A stretch of 62,779 nucleotides of DNA, filler included, from Bdellovibrionota bacterium (lineage in GTDB: Bacteria > Bdellovibrionota > Bdellovibrionia > Bdellovibrionales > JAEYZS01): the NCBI GenBank assembly GCA_963169515.1. It is 5 parts of 5 records of this genome, joined end to end, with 100 filler letters (N's around TTAATTAATTAA, not from the genome) between each part and the next. Parts side by side here need not be neighbours in the genome. Positions count along the whole stretch, not along the records: positions 17,953 to 32,812 come from CAUJEF010000034.1; 4 more parts are not named here. One strand, 5' to 3'. The notes under the pieces were generated by a model. That model saw nothing but the letters and a program-made list of their open reading frames with translations, did not search any database and was not told the DNA's origin. The translations under genes and the position numbers were made by a program. This document shows, in pieces, positions 19,221 to 28,694 of the stretch (positions within the stretch are counted from its first letter, which is position 1; every line of letters begins with the position of its first letter).

Positions 19221-19964
19221 TTATTTTTCCTTATCAAAAACAGAAACAATCATCACTGTAATGTTATCATCCCCGCCAGATTTATTTGCCTCTTCAACAA
19301 GCTTTTGAACTGCAATCTTTGATGGGTTCATATTCACAATTTCGGCAATTTTTTGATCAGAAACGAGACCTGTTAAGCCATCTGAGCACATAATTATCTT
19401 GTCACCAACTGTGGGTCTGCGCTGAATAATGTCGCATTCGACTCGCTTTTCAAAACCTACGCTGCGGGTGATCACGTTTTTTGCAGGAAACGCAGCAGTC
19501 TCAAATTCAGACCAAAGTCCTGCTTTGATTTGTTCATAGATCAAAGAATGATCTTCCGTCATCTGCCACATTTTTCCTTCACGAAATAGGTAAGCTCGGG
19601 AATCGCCAACATTGCCCACGTAGAGCGTTTCGTCACAAAAATAGGTTACAACCAGCGTCGTACCCATCCCACGCAGGTCCATATCCCGCGTTGACGTTTC
19701 ATATATGTTTTGGCTCGCATGACCGAATGCTTTCTGTATAAGTTCCCGTGGTGGGTATTTCTCTTTATCTTCAATCGATTTTTGCACAACTTCTTGAATT
19801 GTTTCGACAGCCAAACGCGACGCAACTTCGCCGCCCTTGTGGCCACCCATTCCGTCAGCCACCATATACAGACCAAGGTCTGCATTTGTCAAAAAAGCAT
19901 CCTGATTTTTTTCACGTTTCAAACCGACGTCGGTTTCTGAATGTACTTCGATCCTAAATCCCAA
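19221..19964 (-). CDS. PP2C-type Ser/Thr phosphatase (Stp1/PrpC)
   Basis: REKNQD, VADGMGG, MGTT, NVGDSRAY, CSDGL, GGDDNIT. Confidence 0.93.
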   Translation of the reverse strand: MGFRIEVHSETDVGLKREKNQDAFLTNADLGLYMVADGMGGHKGGEVASRLAVETIQEVVQKSIEDKEKYPPRELIQKAFGHASQNIYETSTRDMDLRGMGTTLVVTYFCDETLYVGNVGDSRAYLFREGKMWQMTEDHSLIYEQIKAGLWSEFETAAFPAKNVITRSVGFEKRVECDIIQRRPTVGDKIIMCSDGLTGLVSDQKIAEIVNMNPSKIAVQKLVEEANKSGGDDNITVMIVSVFDKEK

Positions 19965-20064
19965 AAAAGCACCCCTGGGGAATGATACCAGTCCCCTAGT
20001 TCTTTCATCGTCATTTCTATTAAAGATATCAATAATTCCCTAAAAAATTCCGAAAACAAATTGG

Positions 20065-20946
20065 ATGAAATTACGTAATATTTTTACAATTGCTTTAATT
20101 GTTTCCTTGCTCCTGCACTTAAGTACTTTTGTGGCTATGAAACTTGCTGAGCTGGAGCCCTCGAATCCAACCAAAGATCCGGACACAATTGAAATTAAAA
20201 TCCTCAGTTCCCAGCCTAATGGGAAGCATATGCAGATTGTTGAACAAAACGCTAAGCCTCTAAACGATGAGCTTTCTGATAAAGCAAAATATTTGAGCCA
20301 ATTTAACCAATCCGTCGTAAATGAAACCAAAGCAAATAATTCAGGCATATTCAAAAATGAAGCTGGGCAAGGGATAACCAAAAAAGGGGCCTCCGAATCT
20401 GCTGATACTAAAAAATCTGCAGTAAAAAAATCAAAAAAGGCCTTTACTGAGAATGGAACAATAACCGTACAGGATAAGTTTGCGCCCAAAATGAATTGGT
20501 CTGATCTTGCAAAAAAAAATGAAGTTCTTGGGGTTCAAAACCCAGGTGATGTTAGTCAAACACCCGATTATCTAAAAAATGTGGACGACGGACCACAAAC
20601 ATTGCTAAACACGCGCGAGTTTGTTTACTATTCATATTTCAATCGCATCAAATCACAAATTCAACAATATTGGGAACCGAAAATAAAAGACAAAGTACGC
20701 GCAATGTTTTTACGCGGTCGCTACATAGCCTCAAACAAAGATCGCATAACAAAATTGCTGATCATTCTCAATGAGAGGGGAACCCTGGTTGGCGTTCAAG
20801 TTATGGGCGAATCTGGCATTGAAGACCTTGACGATGCAGCTGTCGAAGCATTCCGAGCAGCGGCCCCGTTTCCCAACCCTCCTGCAGGAATTGTTGAAAA
20901 GGACGGGAAAATAAAAATTCAATGGGATTTTGTTCTTGAAGTCTAG
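20065..20946 (+). CDS. TonB/TolA C-terminal family protein
   Basis: TM SLLLH, low-complexity spacer, SGIEDLDDAAVEAFRAAAPFPNPP. Confidence 0.8.
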   Translation: MKLRNIFTIALIVSLLLHLSTFVAMKLAELEPSNPTKDPDTIEIKILSSQPNGKHMQIVEQNAKPLNDELSDKAKYLSQFNQSVVNETKANNSGIFKNEAGQGITKKGASESADTKKSAVKKSKKAFTENGTITVQDKFAPKMNWSDLAKKNEVLGVQNPGDVSQTPDYLKNVDDGPQTLLNTREFVYYSYFNRIKSQIQQYWEPKIKDKVRAMFLRGRYIASNKDRITKLLIILNERGTLVGVQVMGESGIEDLDDAAVEAFRAAAPFPNPPAGIVEKDGKIKIQWDFVLEV

Positions 20947-20972
20947 GTTAACTCCAGATCCATGGATTGAGT

Positions 20973-21902
20973 CTACGAATTTGGCCTTTTCGAATTCACA
21001 TTCAAAAGTGGCGGCAAGGCAAAATCGATTTTCTCTTTTTCAAACCGATCTCGAATATTCAACAGTAATTTTTCATGCGCATCCATATACAAATTATAAA
21101 TTGGGCTATGAAAATAATAAACAGCTTCCAAATCAAACGAAAAATCGCCGATTTGAAAAAAATGAACTCGGTCGAGCGTGACATTTTGAAGCTTGCGGAT
21201 TTCCTCTATAACTATGCTTTTTGCTTGTTTGATTTGTTCAATGGACATCCCATAGGCTAAACGCAATCGAAATAATATGCGCCGATCACTCATTCTTTTA
21301 AAATTATGAATACGCGCTTTTAGCAAATCTGAGTTTGAGAAAATCAGCTGTTCCCCCGACAAAGCACGAAGCCGCGTCGTTTTAATACCGATGGATTGTA
21401 CTGTTCCCGAGACATCGCCAACCGTAATAGAATCTCCAATTTCAAATGGCTTATCTAATACAATGGTCAACGACGAAAACAAGTCGCTTAAAATGCTTTG
21501 GCTCGCAAGGGCTACGGCGACACCGCCCACACCCAATCCCGCGATCACCGTTGTAACATTGAACCCCAAAATATCGAGAGCCAACAGAAGTAAAAAAGCA
21601 TACAAGAAAAATTTCGAGAAAAAATTAATTAAATGCCTGCTTGCCTGTGGATGCACCTCTGTTTTTCCAGAAAGATCCAGCAAAAATGTTCGGATAAGTT
21701 CATTACCCCAACGTCCAACTTGAAATACCACAACCAAAAGCGCAAGCTTTCTAACCCAATCCAAATAAGGCTCCGGAACCTTGAAATACCAAGCGGTGGC
21801 CCAAAGGCCCAAAGCCGCCAAAAAATAAACGGAAGTTCTCGCCAAATAAGCTTTCAGTCGTGGATAAAACTTTGTCTTAGATGCTTTAGAAAACAAGCCC
21901 AT
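20973..21902 (-). CDS. mscS: Small-conductance mechanosensitive channel family
   Basis: GLGVGGVAVALASQ, DKPFEIGD, GTVQSIGIKTT, IHNF. Confidence 0.88.
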   Translation of the reverse strand: MGLFSKASKTKFYPRLKAYLARTSVYFLAALGLWATAWYFKVPEPYLDWVRKLALLVVVFQVGRWGNELIRTFLLDLSGKTEVHPQASRHLINFFSKFFLYAFLLLLALDILGFNVTTVIAGLGVGGVAVALASQSILSDLFSSLTIVLDKPFEIGDSITVGDVSGTVQSIGIKTTRLRALSGEQLIFSNSDLLKARIHNFKRMSDRRILFRLRLAYGMSIEQIKQAKSIVIEEIRKLQNVTLDRVHFFQIGDFSFDLEAVYYFHSPIYNLYMDAHEKLLLNIRDRFEKEKIDFALPPLLNVNSKRPNS

Positions 21903-21908
21903 TGTTGG

Positions 21909-21937
21909 ATTATATCGAAAAATCCACCATATGTCTT
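21909..21937 (-). promoter_or_regulatory. Sigma70-like promoter giving a leaderless mscS mRNA
   Basis: AAGACA-N17-TATAAT-N6-ATG(21902); no SD. Confidence 0.5.
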
Positions 21938-22158
21938 CGCTCTCTTTTTCGAGATTCCATCAACTGAAACCCCAATGGTGCAACGGTGGTAACTGCCAAT
22001 TGAATTCGTTGTCCCGGTCTTAAACTGCGGAAAGTTTGATTTGAAACCCTTAAGAGCTCACCTTGAAAATTAACAATAATTTCATTTTGTACCAGCACTT
22101 CCTCAACGGTAGCCCAAACCTTTTGTCCTAATTTTAAAGACTGCAACATAGGCTTCAT
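21910..22158 (-). CDS. Small hypothetical protein, OB-fold-like
   Basis: 82 aa, TAATG-coupled to the upstream gene, beta-rich pattern. Confidence 0.65.
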   Translation of the reverse strand: MKPMLQSLKLGQKVWATVEEVLVQNEIIVNFQGELLRVSNQTFRSLRPGQRIQLAVTTVAPLGFQLMESRKRERRHMVDFSI

Positions 22159-22985
22159 TATTTCAGAATCCCCTTAGAAATTTTGTCCAAGTTTTTAAAT
22201 TCATAAGGCCGAATTACCTTTTTAGGACTTGTGGCTGTCTTTTCTGGTGCAGATTGTTGTCCGCTGACTTCGAATGCAGCTTTTAATGCTGATGGTTCCG
22301 GTGTAACCGGTTTATCGTTAGCGATCACCCATTTTTCTTTGGCTTCGACCACTGCTTTTTTCAAATCATCCACTAACTTTTGATTGGAATCACTATTCAC
22401 CTTTGGGGCTTCAAAAATTTGGCTAATGTCTTTTTCCACAGAGGACGATCTATTTTCAAATACCTGTTCAGATTCAACCCACGCAGGGACCAAATCATTT
22501 GCAAACATAAGCTTATCTTTGTTCACCTTTACAATAAATTCCAGTTCACTCACCGGCAGGTCAATTTTTTCATTGATTTGTTCTGCGCTGTAACCTTTAT
22601 TGGCCATGCGTGCCGCCTGAACGTATTTGCTTACATTTTGACGTTCTGCGTACTCTCCTTTTGGATTGTCACTCGAAAAAATCCTGGCGGCTTCAATGCT
22701 TCTGTCGATTGCATCGTTAACCTTTTGGATGTGATCCTCGACTGCTTGAATTCTATCCTGAACTTGGCGCCCCTTCTGGTCCATTAATGTCGTCAACTGC
22801 TTTACTTGGGCATCTGTTCGATCCGAAAGATCAGAAAGAATAGCAATTTTATTTTCTAGAAGCTGCAACCCTTTGCTTAATCTTGGATCGTCTTTCGGCG
22901 GCCTCCGAAGCTTTACGAACAATATTCCAATCCCACCAAAAAACGCTAAATTCAAAACGATTTGTGCTAAAATCCAACCGCTAAT
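22158..22985 (-). CDS. DUF2802-like membrane-anchored coiled-coil protein, probable ATT start
   Basis: YVQAARMANKGYSAEQI..DLPVSELEFI HTH-like motif; TM helix is complete only from ATT 22985, 5 nt after a GGGGG SD. Confidence 0.7.
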   Translation of the reverse strand: MSGWILAQIVLNLAFFGGIGILFVKLRRPPKDDPRLSKGLQLLENKIAILSDLSDRTDAQVKQLTTLMDQKGRQVQDRIQAVEDHIQKVNDAIDRSIEAARIFSSDNPKGEYAERQNVSKYVQAARMANKGYSAEQINEKIDLPVSELEFIVKVNKDKLMFANDLVPAWVESEQVFENRSSSVEKDISQIFEAPKVNSDSNQKLVDDLKKAVVEAKEKWVIANDKPVTPEPSALKAAFEVSGQQSAPEKTATSPKKVIRPYEFKNLDKISKGILK

Positions 22986-23116
22986 ATGAACCCCCAGGAA
23001 ATAGGTCTAATAAAGCTATTTTAGTATTAGACCACGGGCGTACAAAACTCGGTTATGCAGCAAAAGAAAAAACTTGACCTAGATCCAGGATAATCTTCCA
23101 AACCTTCCACTTAAAA

Positions 23117-24313
23117 CTACGACAATTGACCCAGAAACTTGCCAATTCGATCCACAGCTTCTTTCATTCGCGACGCTTCGATAGCAAAACTTAAGCGCAC
23201 ATAACCTTCGAGGCCGAATTCTATCCCGGGAACACCGACTACTTTTTGATCTTCCAAAAGCATTCGTGAAAAATCTGTGGCATTAGCAATTTTTTTGCCC
23301 TGAAATGTTTTTCCAATTGTTTTTTTAACATTTACCCAAAGGTAAAATGCACCATCAGGGTCGAAAGAAGATATTGCCGTGAGCTTGTTGATTTCCGTTA
23401 AGGCTAAATTCTTCCTCTCTTTTAATTTCAGGCGAGCCATTTTCAGTTCTGCGCCCCCCTCAATAATAGCTTTAACAACTGCTTTTTGTGAAAATCCAGA
23501 TGCACAACTCACCGTTTGGCTTTGATAATTGGACATGGCAGAAATAATCTGCGGCTGGGCCAATGCCCAACCAACGCGCCAACCCGTCATTGAAAATGAC
23601 TTTGCAGCACCGTTGATGTTAATCATTCGATCTTTCAGCTCTGGAGCCACATGGAGCAAATGTGGCGACACTTCTTCATTATTGAATATTAATCGATTGT
23701 AAATATCGTCGCTCAAAATAAGGACCTGTGGATGTTTTAATAAAACTTGGGCTAGGTCTTTATATTCTTCTGCACTGTAAACCGCACCAGTTGGATTCGA
23801 TGGCGAATTGATAATCAAAAGCTTAGTACCTTGGGTTATTGCGCTTTCAAGCTGAGTCGCCGTCATTTTAAATTTTTGTTTTTCTTCACATGGAATAATA
23901 ATAGGCTTTGCATCCAGCATCTCTACCATAGTGGGATAACTCACCCAATATGGTGCCGGAATGATAACCTCATCGCCTGGATCTAAAACGGATTGAAGCG
24001 CCGAAAAGATTGCAAACTTTCCACCGATGGTTACCGTGACCTGGTTTGCCATATAAGAAACTCTGTATTCTTTGGAAGCGCTTTCTGCGATGGCTTTTCG
24101 CAAATCTTCAATTCCATTTGAAGGAACGTATTTCGTAAATCCATCCTCGATCGCCTTTATTGCCTCACGCTTTGCGACTTGAAACGTATCCCAATCGGGC
24201 TCTCCCACCGCAAGTGAAATCACGTCGTGTCCTTGGGCCGCCAGCTCTTTACTTTTTGCTGCCAACGTCAGCGTAGCAGAAGGTTTGATGCTTTGGATTT
24301 TTTTAGACAACAT
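23117..24313 (-). CDS. aspC: Class I PLP aminotransferase (aspartate aminotransferase)
   Basis: GEPD, PYWVSY, NSPSNPTG, SDDIY, KSFSMTGWRVG, RLSFA. Confidence 0.9.
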   Translation of the reverse strand: MLSKKIQSIKPSATLTLAAKSKELAAQGHDVISLAVGEPDWDTFQVAKREAIKAIEDGFTKYVPSNGIEDLRKAIAESASKEYRVSYMANQVTVTIGGKFAIFSALQSVLDPGDEVIIPAPYWVSYPTMVEMLDAKPIIIPCEEKQKFKMTATQLESAITQGTKLLIINSPSNPTGAVYSAEEYKDLAQVLLKHPQVLILSDDIYNRLIFNNEEVSPHLLHVAPELKDRMININGAAKSFSMTGWRVGWALAQPQIISAMSNYQSQTVSCASGFSQKAVVKAIIEGGAELKMARLKLKERKNLALTEINKLTAISSFDPDGAFYLWVNVKKTIGKTFQGKKIANATDFSRMLLEDQKVVGVPGIEFGLEGYVRLSFAIEASRMKEAVDRIGKFLGQLS

Positions 24314-24323
24314 AGAACATCCT

Positions 24324-24803
24324 TTATTTATTGAATTTCTTTTGCACAGCCCTTACAACAGCATCTGGCACAAATTTTGATATGTCCCCACCAAAACTTC
24401 CAACTTCTTTAACCAATGTTGATGAAATAAAGCCCAAATTCGATTGGGTTAACACAAAAAATGTATCTATATTTTTATTTAAAGATTGATTTGTATAAGC
24501 CATATCCATTTCATACTCAAAATCTCGAACGGATCTCAGACCTTTTCCAACCAGATAGCACTTCTTCTTCTCGAGAAAGTCGACTAACAACCCATCCCAA
24601 GACTCAACGGTGATTCCATCATCATAGTCAAAAACGTCTTCGATCATCCTTTTTCGTTCATCGATTGTAAACAGGCTTTTCTTTTGAGGGGTGTTGGCAA
24701 CTAAAACTGTAACTTGATCAAAATTATTTCGAAGTCTTTTTATAACATCGACATGACCATTTGTGATTGGATCAAAGCTACCGGGATAAACAATGTGACG
24801 CAT
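24324..24803 (-). CDS. coaD: Pantetheine-phosphate adenylyltransferase
   Basis: YPGSFDPITNGH, GLR..DFEYE, ISSTLVKE. Confidence 0.96.
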   Translation of the reverse strand: MRHIVYPGSFDPITNGHVDVIKRLRNNFDQVTVLVANTPQKKSLFTIDERKRMIEDVFDYDDGITVESWDGLLVDFLEKKKCYLVGKGLRSVRDFEYEMDMAYTNQSLNKNIDTFFVLTQSNLGFISSTLVKEVGSFGGDISKFVPDAVVRAVQKKFNK

Positions 24804-24815
24804 GAAAACCTTCAG

Positions 24816-25364
24816 CTAGTCATTGCTGGTGAATAATGATAGTATCTTATCACCGAAGGGCCTTCTGTCAATCAAACGCAAAGAATCGTATAGATCTTCC
24901 ATATGTTCTTTCTTTGCTGATTCTATAGCTATAACTGTTCCAGGCTTGAATAGTTTACTTTTAGCCAATTCCTGCAAAACGCTATGGGAAAATTTTTCTG
25001 TAAATGGTGGGTCCACCAAAATAACATCAAAAGGGTCTCCATTGTATTTTTTAATAAAATTAAAAACATCTGATTTTACAACTTTAATTTCATTTTCAAT
25101 TTTTAAAAGCCTTAAATTCTCAAAAATAATTTTCAGGGATTTGGAATGAGACTCTACACATTCAACGTAGGCTGCACCACGGGAATATGCCTCTATAGAC
25201 AGGCTTCCAGTCCCCGCAAACAAATCCAGCACTCGAGCGCCATCAATATCTTGCATTAGAATATTGAATAAGCTTTCCTTTACACGGTCTGTCGTGGGAC
25301 GAATATGGTCGGCTTTGAAACTTACGAGCTGTCGGCCTTTAAACTTACCTGATATGACTCTCAT
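24816..25364 (-). CDS. rsmD: 16S rRNA m2G966 methyltransferase
   Basis: MRVISG, RPTTDRVKESLFN, LDLFAGTG, DPPF. Confidence 0.95.
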   Translation of the reverse strand: MRVISGKFKGRQLVSFKADHIRPTTDRVKESLFNILMQDIDGARVLDLFAGTGSLSIEAYSRGAAYVECVESHSKSLKIIFENLRLLKIENEIKVVKSDVFNFIKKYNGDPFDVILVDPPFTEKFSHSVLQELAKSKLFKPGTVIAIESAKKEHMEDLYDSLRLIDRRPFGDKILSLFTSND

Positions 25365-25741
25365 TTTTTATCAAACAAAGATTTTACGGACTGTTTACTT
25401 TTTTTAGTAGCAACCTCATGAAGAAATCTTTCAATCATCTTGCCTGTTTCTTCCGTCGATTTTTTGAAATGAAGTTCTGCCATGTAGTGTGGCTTTCCAT
25501 CTTTAAACTGAATGTAGATTTTAACGATAATGCTAATTTCATTTAGTGCTGTATTGGCTTCGTCCGGCAAGTTAAATTCAACAGTGACTTTATCCCCAGC
25601 TTTCAAAGATGGGGCGGTCATCTCTATCATGCAACCACGCGACTCAATATAAATGACTTGAGCCTTTAGAATATTCCCGTTCTGAAGGGTGACTTTTGAT
25701 TCAATCGGATATGGTGGCTCAACCTTGTAGTCAAAACTCAC
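25361..25741 (-). CDS. PilZ-like domain protein (degenerate)
   Basis: PilZ-type barrel pattern (IESRG, GDKVTVEFNLP, ELHF) but no RxxxR motif. Confidence 0.5.
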   Translation of the reverse strand: MSFDYKVEPPYPIESKVTLQNGNILKAQVIYIESRGCMIEMTAPSLKAGDKVTVEFNLPDEANTALNEISIIVKIYIQFKDGKPHYMAELHFKKSTEETGKMIERFLHEVATKKSKQSVKSLFDKK

Positions 25742-26085
25742 AAGTTCTCCATCTGCTCTGCTACCGCGTAGATATCATTAAACGGCTTTTGAATAAAGGT
25801 TTCAATACCCAATTTAGTATAAGAACCGACTTCTTCATGCCCAGAGTACGCAGAAATCAATGCAACTTTTGCCCTTCTTTTAGGCCCCATTTCCTTCAAA
25901 ACCTCTATCCCTGTCATACCAGGCATAAGAATATCTAAAATAACAAGATCTGGGTTGAATTCCTTCCATGCCTTTACTGCCGCAACGCCATCCTCTACGG
26001 ACTGGACTATGTGGCCGCGACTTACAAAAATCCGCTCAAGAGCTCGACGAATAAGCATTTCATCATCAGCAATTAATATTTTCAC
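25738..26085 (-). CDS. Single-domain response regulator
   Basis: ILIADDE, LDILMPGMTG, IQKPF. Confidence 0.92.
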   Translation of the reverse strand: MKILIADDEMLIRRALERIFVSRGHIVQSVEDGVAAVKAWKEFNPDLVILDILMPGMTGIEVLKEMGPKRRAKVALISAYSGHEEVGSYTKLGIETFIQKPFNDIYAVAEQMENL

Positions 26086-28061
26086 CTAGTCTCCACCGGT
26101 AACATCACAATGAATGTTGCCCCTTTTCCCGGGACACTCTCAATTGCAATTTTGCCGCCGTACTTTTCAATTATTGACTGACAAACGCTTAAGCCAATAC
26201 CTGTTCCTTCACCCTCTGGCTTTGTTGTATAAAAAGCTTCAAATATTCTTTCGTGTATGGTTGGATCTATCCCTGGCCCAGTATCCTGCACGCTAAAAGT
26301 GGCCGTCCCATTTTTCAGCGCTGTCCGAATGGTTACCGTGCCTGGTTCCTTCATGGCCTGACAAGCATTATTTATTAAATTGAAAATCACCTGTTGCAAT
26401 AAATGTGGCTTTATCCTTACTAAAATATTTTTTTGATACAATATTGTCTTGGTATTGTGATAACGAAGAGCCGTTTTAAGTAACGGCAAGGTCTTCATGA
26501 CAATTTCATTAAGCCCGACTGGCTTTGCTTCGGCCTTTTCATCAGCACTTGAAAATTGCAAAAGATCCGAAATGATATTTTGACATCTCAGTGCAGCTTT
26601 ATCAATTTCTTGTAGATCCTCTACCAATTTTTTAACTTTGCCGTGCTCATGGATTAAAACCTGGCTTACGGAACGAATTCCCGTTAACGGATTATTCAGT
26701 TCATGGGCGATATTCCCGGCCAAAAGCCCTAGCGCCACCATTTTTTCATTCTGAATCATCTTGCCGTACAGTTCCCGTTTTTCTGAAATATCGACATAGT
26801 AATTTACAAAGTTTGTCGGGTGCTGATCTCCGGAAAATTTTACTGGATAGGTGTAAACCTCGAATATTTTGTTGGCCTTCTTGATATTGCTTTTCTGAAG
26901 CTGGCCAGACCTTGCGCTCCATCTAATAAGATTTTGTTCTTCCACTGATAGCACCTTAGAAAAAAAATCAAATGAGCGATTCATTCGTAAAATGTTAAAA
27001 TCGATATCAATGATCGCAATTGGATTTTCCATAGAATCAAAAGTTTTTTCCCACTGCTGTGATTCAAACCTTAGCTTTCGATGTGCCAAACTCCGATCCA
27101 CGGAAAGACTAATAACTTGCAATCGCTCTGTCAAAAAATCTAAGAGCGCTGTGAAGTCTGTTGGGCTTAGGTCATGTTCTAAAAAAATAACCGGGGTAAA
27201 CCGATTTTCACTTTCAAATTTAAAAAGCGGGAATGCAATAATATTTGCAACGGGCCGCCCCATCAATCGCGCCAGAAACTCCTGATCTTCTTTTTGTCCA
27301 TACTGAATATCGATTCGAGTTTTTACTGGCGTATCGATTTCTCTTTCAATTAGCTCGTTTTTTTGAAAGTATTGAAGTACAAATTTGTGGTTTTCTGAAT
27401 AGTAAAGTAAATACAGCGTCGTAATATTGAACTTGGACTGATATTCCTTTTTAAAAAAGATTAAAAGTTCTTCGATGGATTCTGCCTTGTTTAATTCTTG
27501 AATAAAAAAGATTAGATTTTTTATTTGGCTATTCCGTAATTCGACTTCTTTTTTTGATTCAGAAAGACTTTTTGTCCTTTCAAAAACAATTTCTTCTAGA
27601 CGCTCATTTAGAACCGTTAACTGCTTATTCTGTTCACGCACCTGAATGCGCAGATAATCTTGTTGAACCAAGGCAAGATGATGCTGAACTGCTTGATTGA
27701 TATCTGAAATTAATTCTTCGTCATTCCATGGTTTAGTGATAAATCGAAAAACATTAGCCTTGTTGACCGATTCCTCAATAGTTTGGTGATCTAAAAAACC
27801 AGTAAGCAAAATTCGCGTGATAAGAGGAAAAGAAGCCTTTATCTCCTCTAAAAGTTGAATACCTGTCTTTTCTGGCATTCGTTGATCGGCAATAACGACT
27901 GAAAAATTATGTTTCGCAAGGACATCCATTACCCCCAGGGGGTTGTCGATCGTAATAAGTTCGATATTGTGATTTCGAAATAGACGCTTGGCTGTGGAAA
28001 GAACTAGCGGATCGTCATCAATCCACAATACAAAATGTTTGTCATCACCTGTGCCGAACAT
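26082..28061 (-). CDS. Hybrid sensor histidine kinase (N-terminal receiver, coiled coil, PAS-like, HisKA, HATPase)
   Basis: IDDD/ADQRMP/TKPW receiver; IAHELNNPL H-box; N, G1 (DTGPG), F and G2 (GTGIGL) boxes. Confidence 0.92.
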   Translation of the reverse strand: MFGTGDDKHFVLWIDDDPLVLSTAKRLFRNHNIELITIDNPLGVMDVLAKHNFSVVIADQRMPEKTGIQLLEEIKASFPLITRILLTGFLDHQTIEESVNKANVFRFITKPWNDEELISDINQAVQHHLALVQQDYLRIQVREQNKQLTVLNERLEEIVFERTKSLSESKKEVELRNSQIKNLIFFIQELNKAESIEELLIFFKKEYQSKFNITTLYLLYYSENHKFVLQYFQKNELIEREIDTPVKTRIDIQYGQKEDQEFLARLMGRPVANIIAFPLFKFESENRFTPVIFLEHDLSPTDFTALLDFLTERLQVISLSVDRSLAHRKLRFESQQWEKTFDSMENPIAIIDIDFNILRMNRSFDFFSKVLSVEEQNLIRWSARSGQLQKSNIKKANKIFEVYTYPVKFSGDQHPTNFVNYYVDISEKRELYGKMIQNEKMVALGLLAGNIAHELNNPLTGIRSVSQVLIHEHGKVKKLVEDLQEIDKAALRCQNIISDLLQFSSADEKAEAKPVGLNEIVMKTLPLLKTALRYHNTKTILYQKNILVRIKPHLLQQVIFNLINNACQAMKEPGTVTIRTALKNGTATFSVQDTGPGIDPTIHERIFEAFYTTKPEGEGTGIGLSVCQSIIEKYGGKIAIESVPGKGATFIVMLPVETR

Positions 28062-28100
28062 ACAATTAACTGTAGCTTAAGAACGAAAAAAACCCAAAAG

Positions 28101-28694
28101 TTAAATTTTAACCGATGAAATCCAAGCTCTCCAGTTTTGCAGGAAATTCGTAAATTCGTACTCAAGCAGGTCCGAGACCAAAATGTAATCCTTTTTTTGG
28201 AACGCATCATGAGTCTCATGACAGATTTTAAGAAAGCGATCCCGAATAGACTGCCATTCCGTTCCTATAGATGCAGCTTTAGCTGTTTGGACCATATACG
28301 AATTTAAATCCAGCGCCAGCTGTGTTTTTTTAACAGCCCCATCAAATTTTTCCTGGCCCTTACCTTTAAATTCCATCATTCGGAAAAACTCACTGGCCAC
28401 AATGTACTCTTCCTCAAGCGAAGCAAGAATTTCTTTAAGAGACTCTATTGACTCTGCTGTTAATTTTTCTTGGGTATTCGACTTAATAGTCACTTCCTTT
28501 ACAAAATCGATGGTGTTTCCTTGCATTTGATTTTCATGCTTTTCGCTCAAAACCAAGCCGTTTATGGTAATTTCACAAACAAGCTCCCCTCGCTTGCTAA
28601 AAAAACTTTCGATACTTGAAATCAATTCTCCGACATTTTTACAGCCGTTAAACTGGGTTAAGATGTCGTGTTGGGTCCACTTGGTCACTTCCAC
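28101..28694 (-). CDS. Hypothetical protein with a DxxLxxDLLEYE C-terminus (flagellar-modification-locus type)
   Basis: GGAG SD before GTG; C-terminal DYILVSDLLEYE motif. Confidence 0.65.
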   Translation of the reverse strand: MEVTKWTQHDILTQFNGCKNVGELISSIESFFSKRGELVCEITINGLVLSEKHENQMQGNTIDFVKEVTIKSNTQEKLTAESIESLKEILASLEEEYIVASEFFRMMEFKGKGQEKFDGAVKKTQLALDLNSYMVQTAKAASIGTEWQSIRDRFLKICHETHDAFQKKDYILVSDLLEYEFTNFLQNWRAWISSVKI

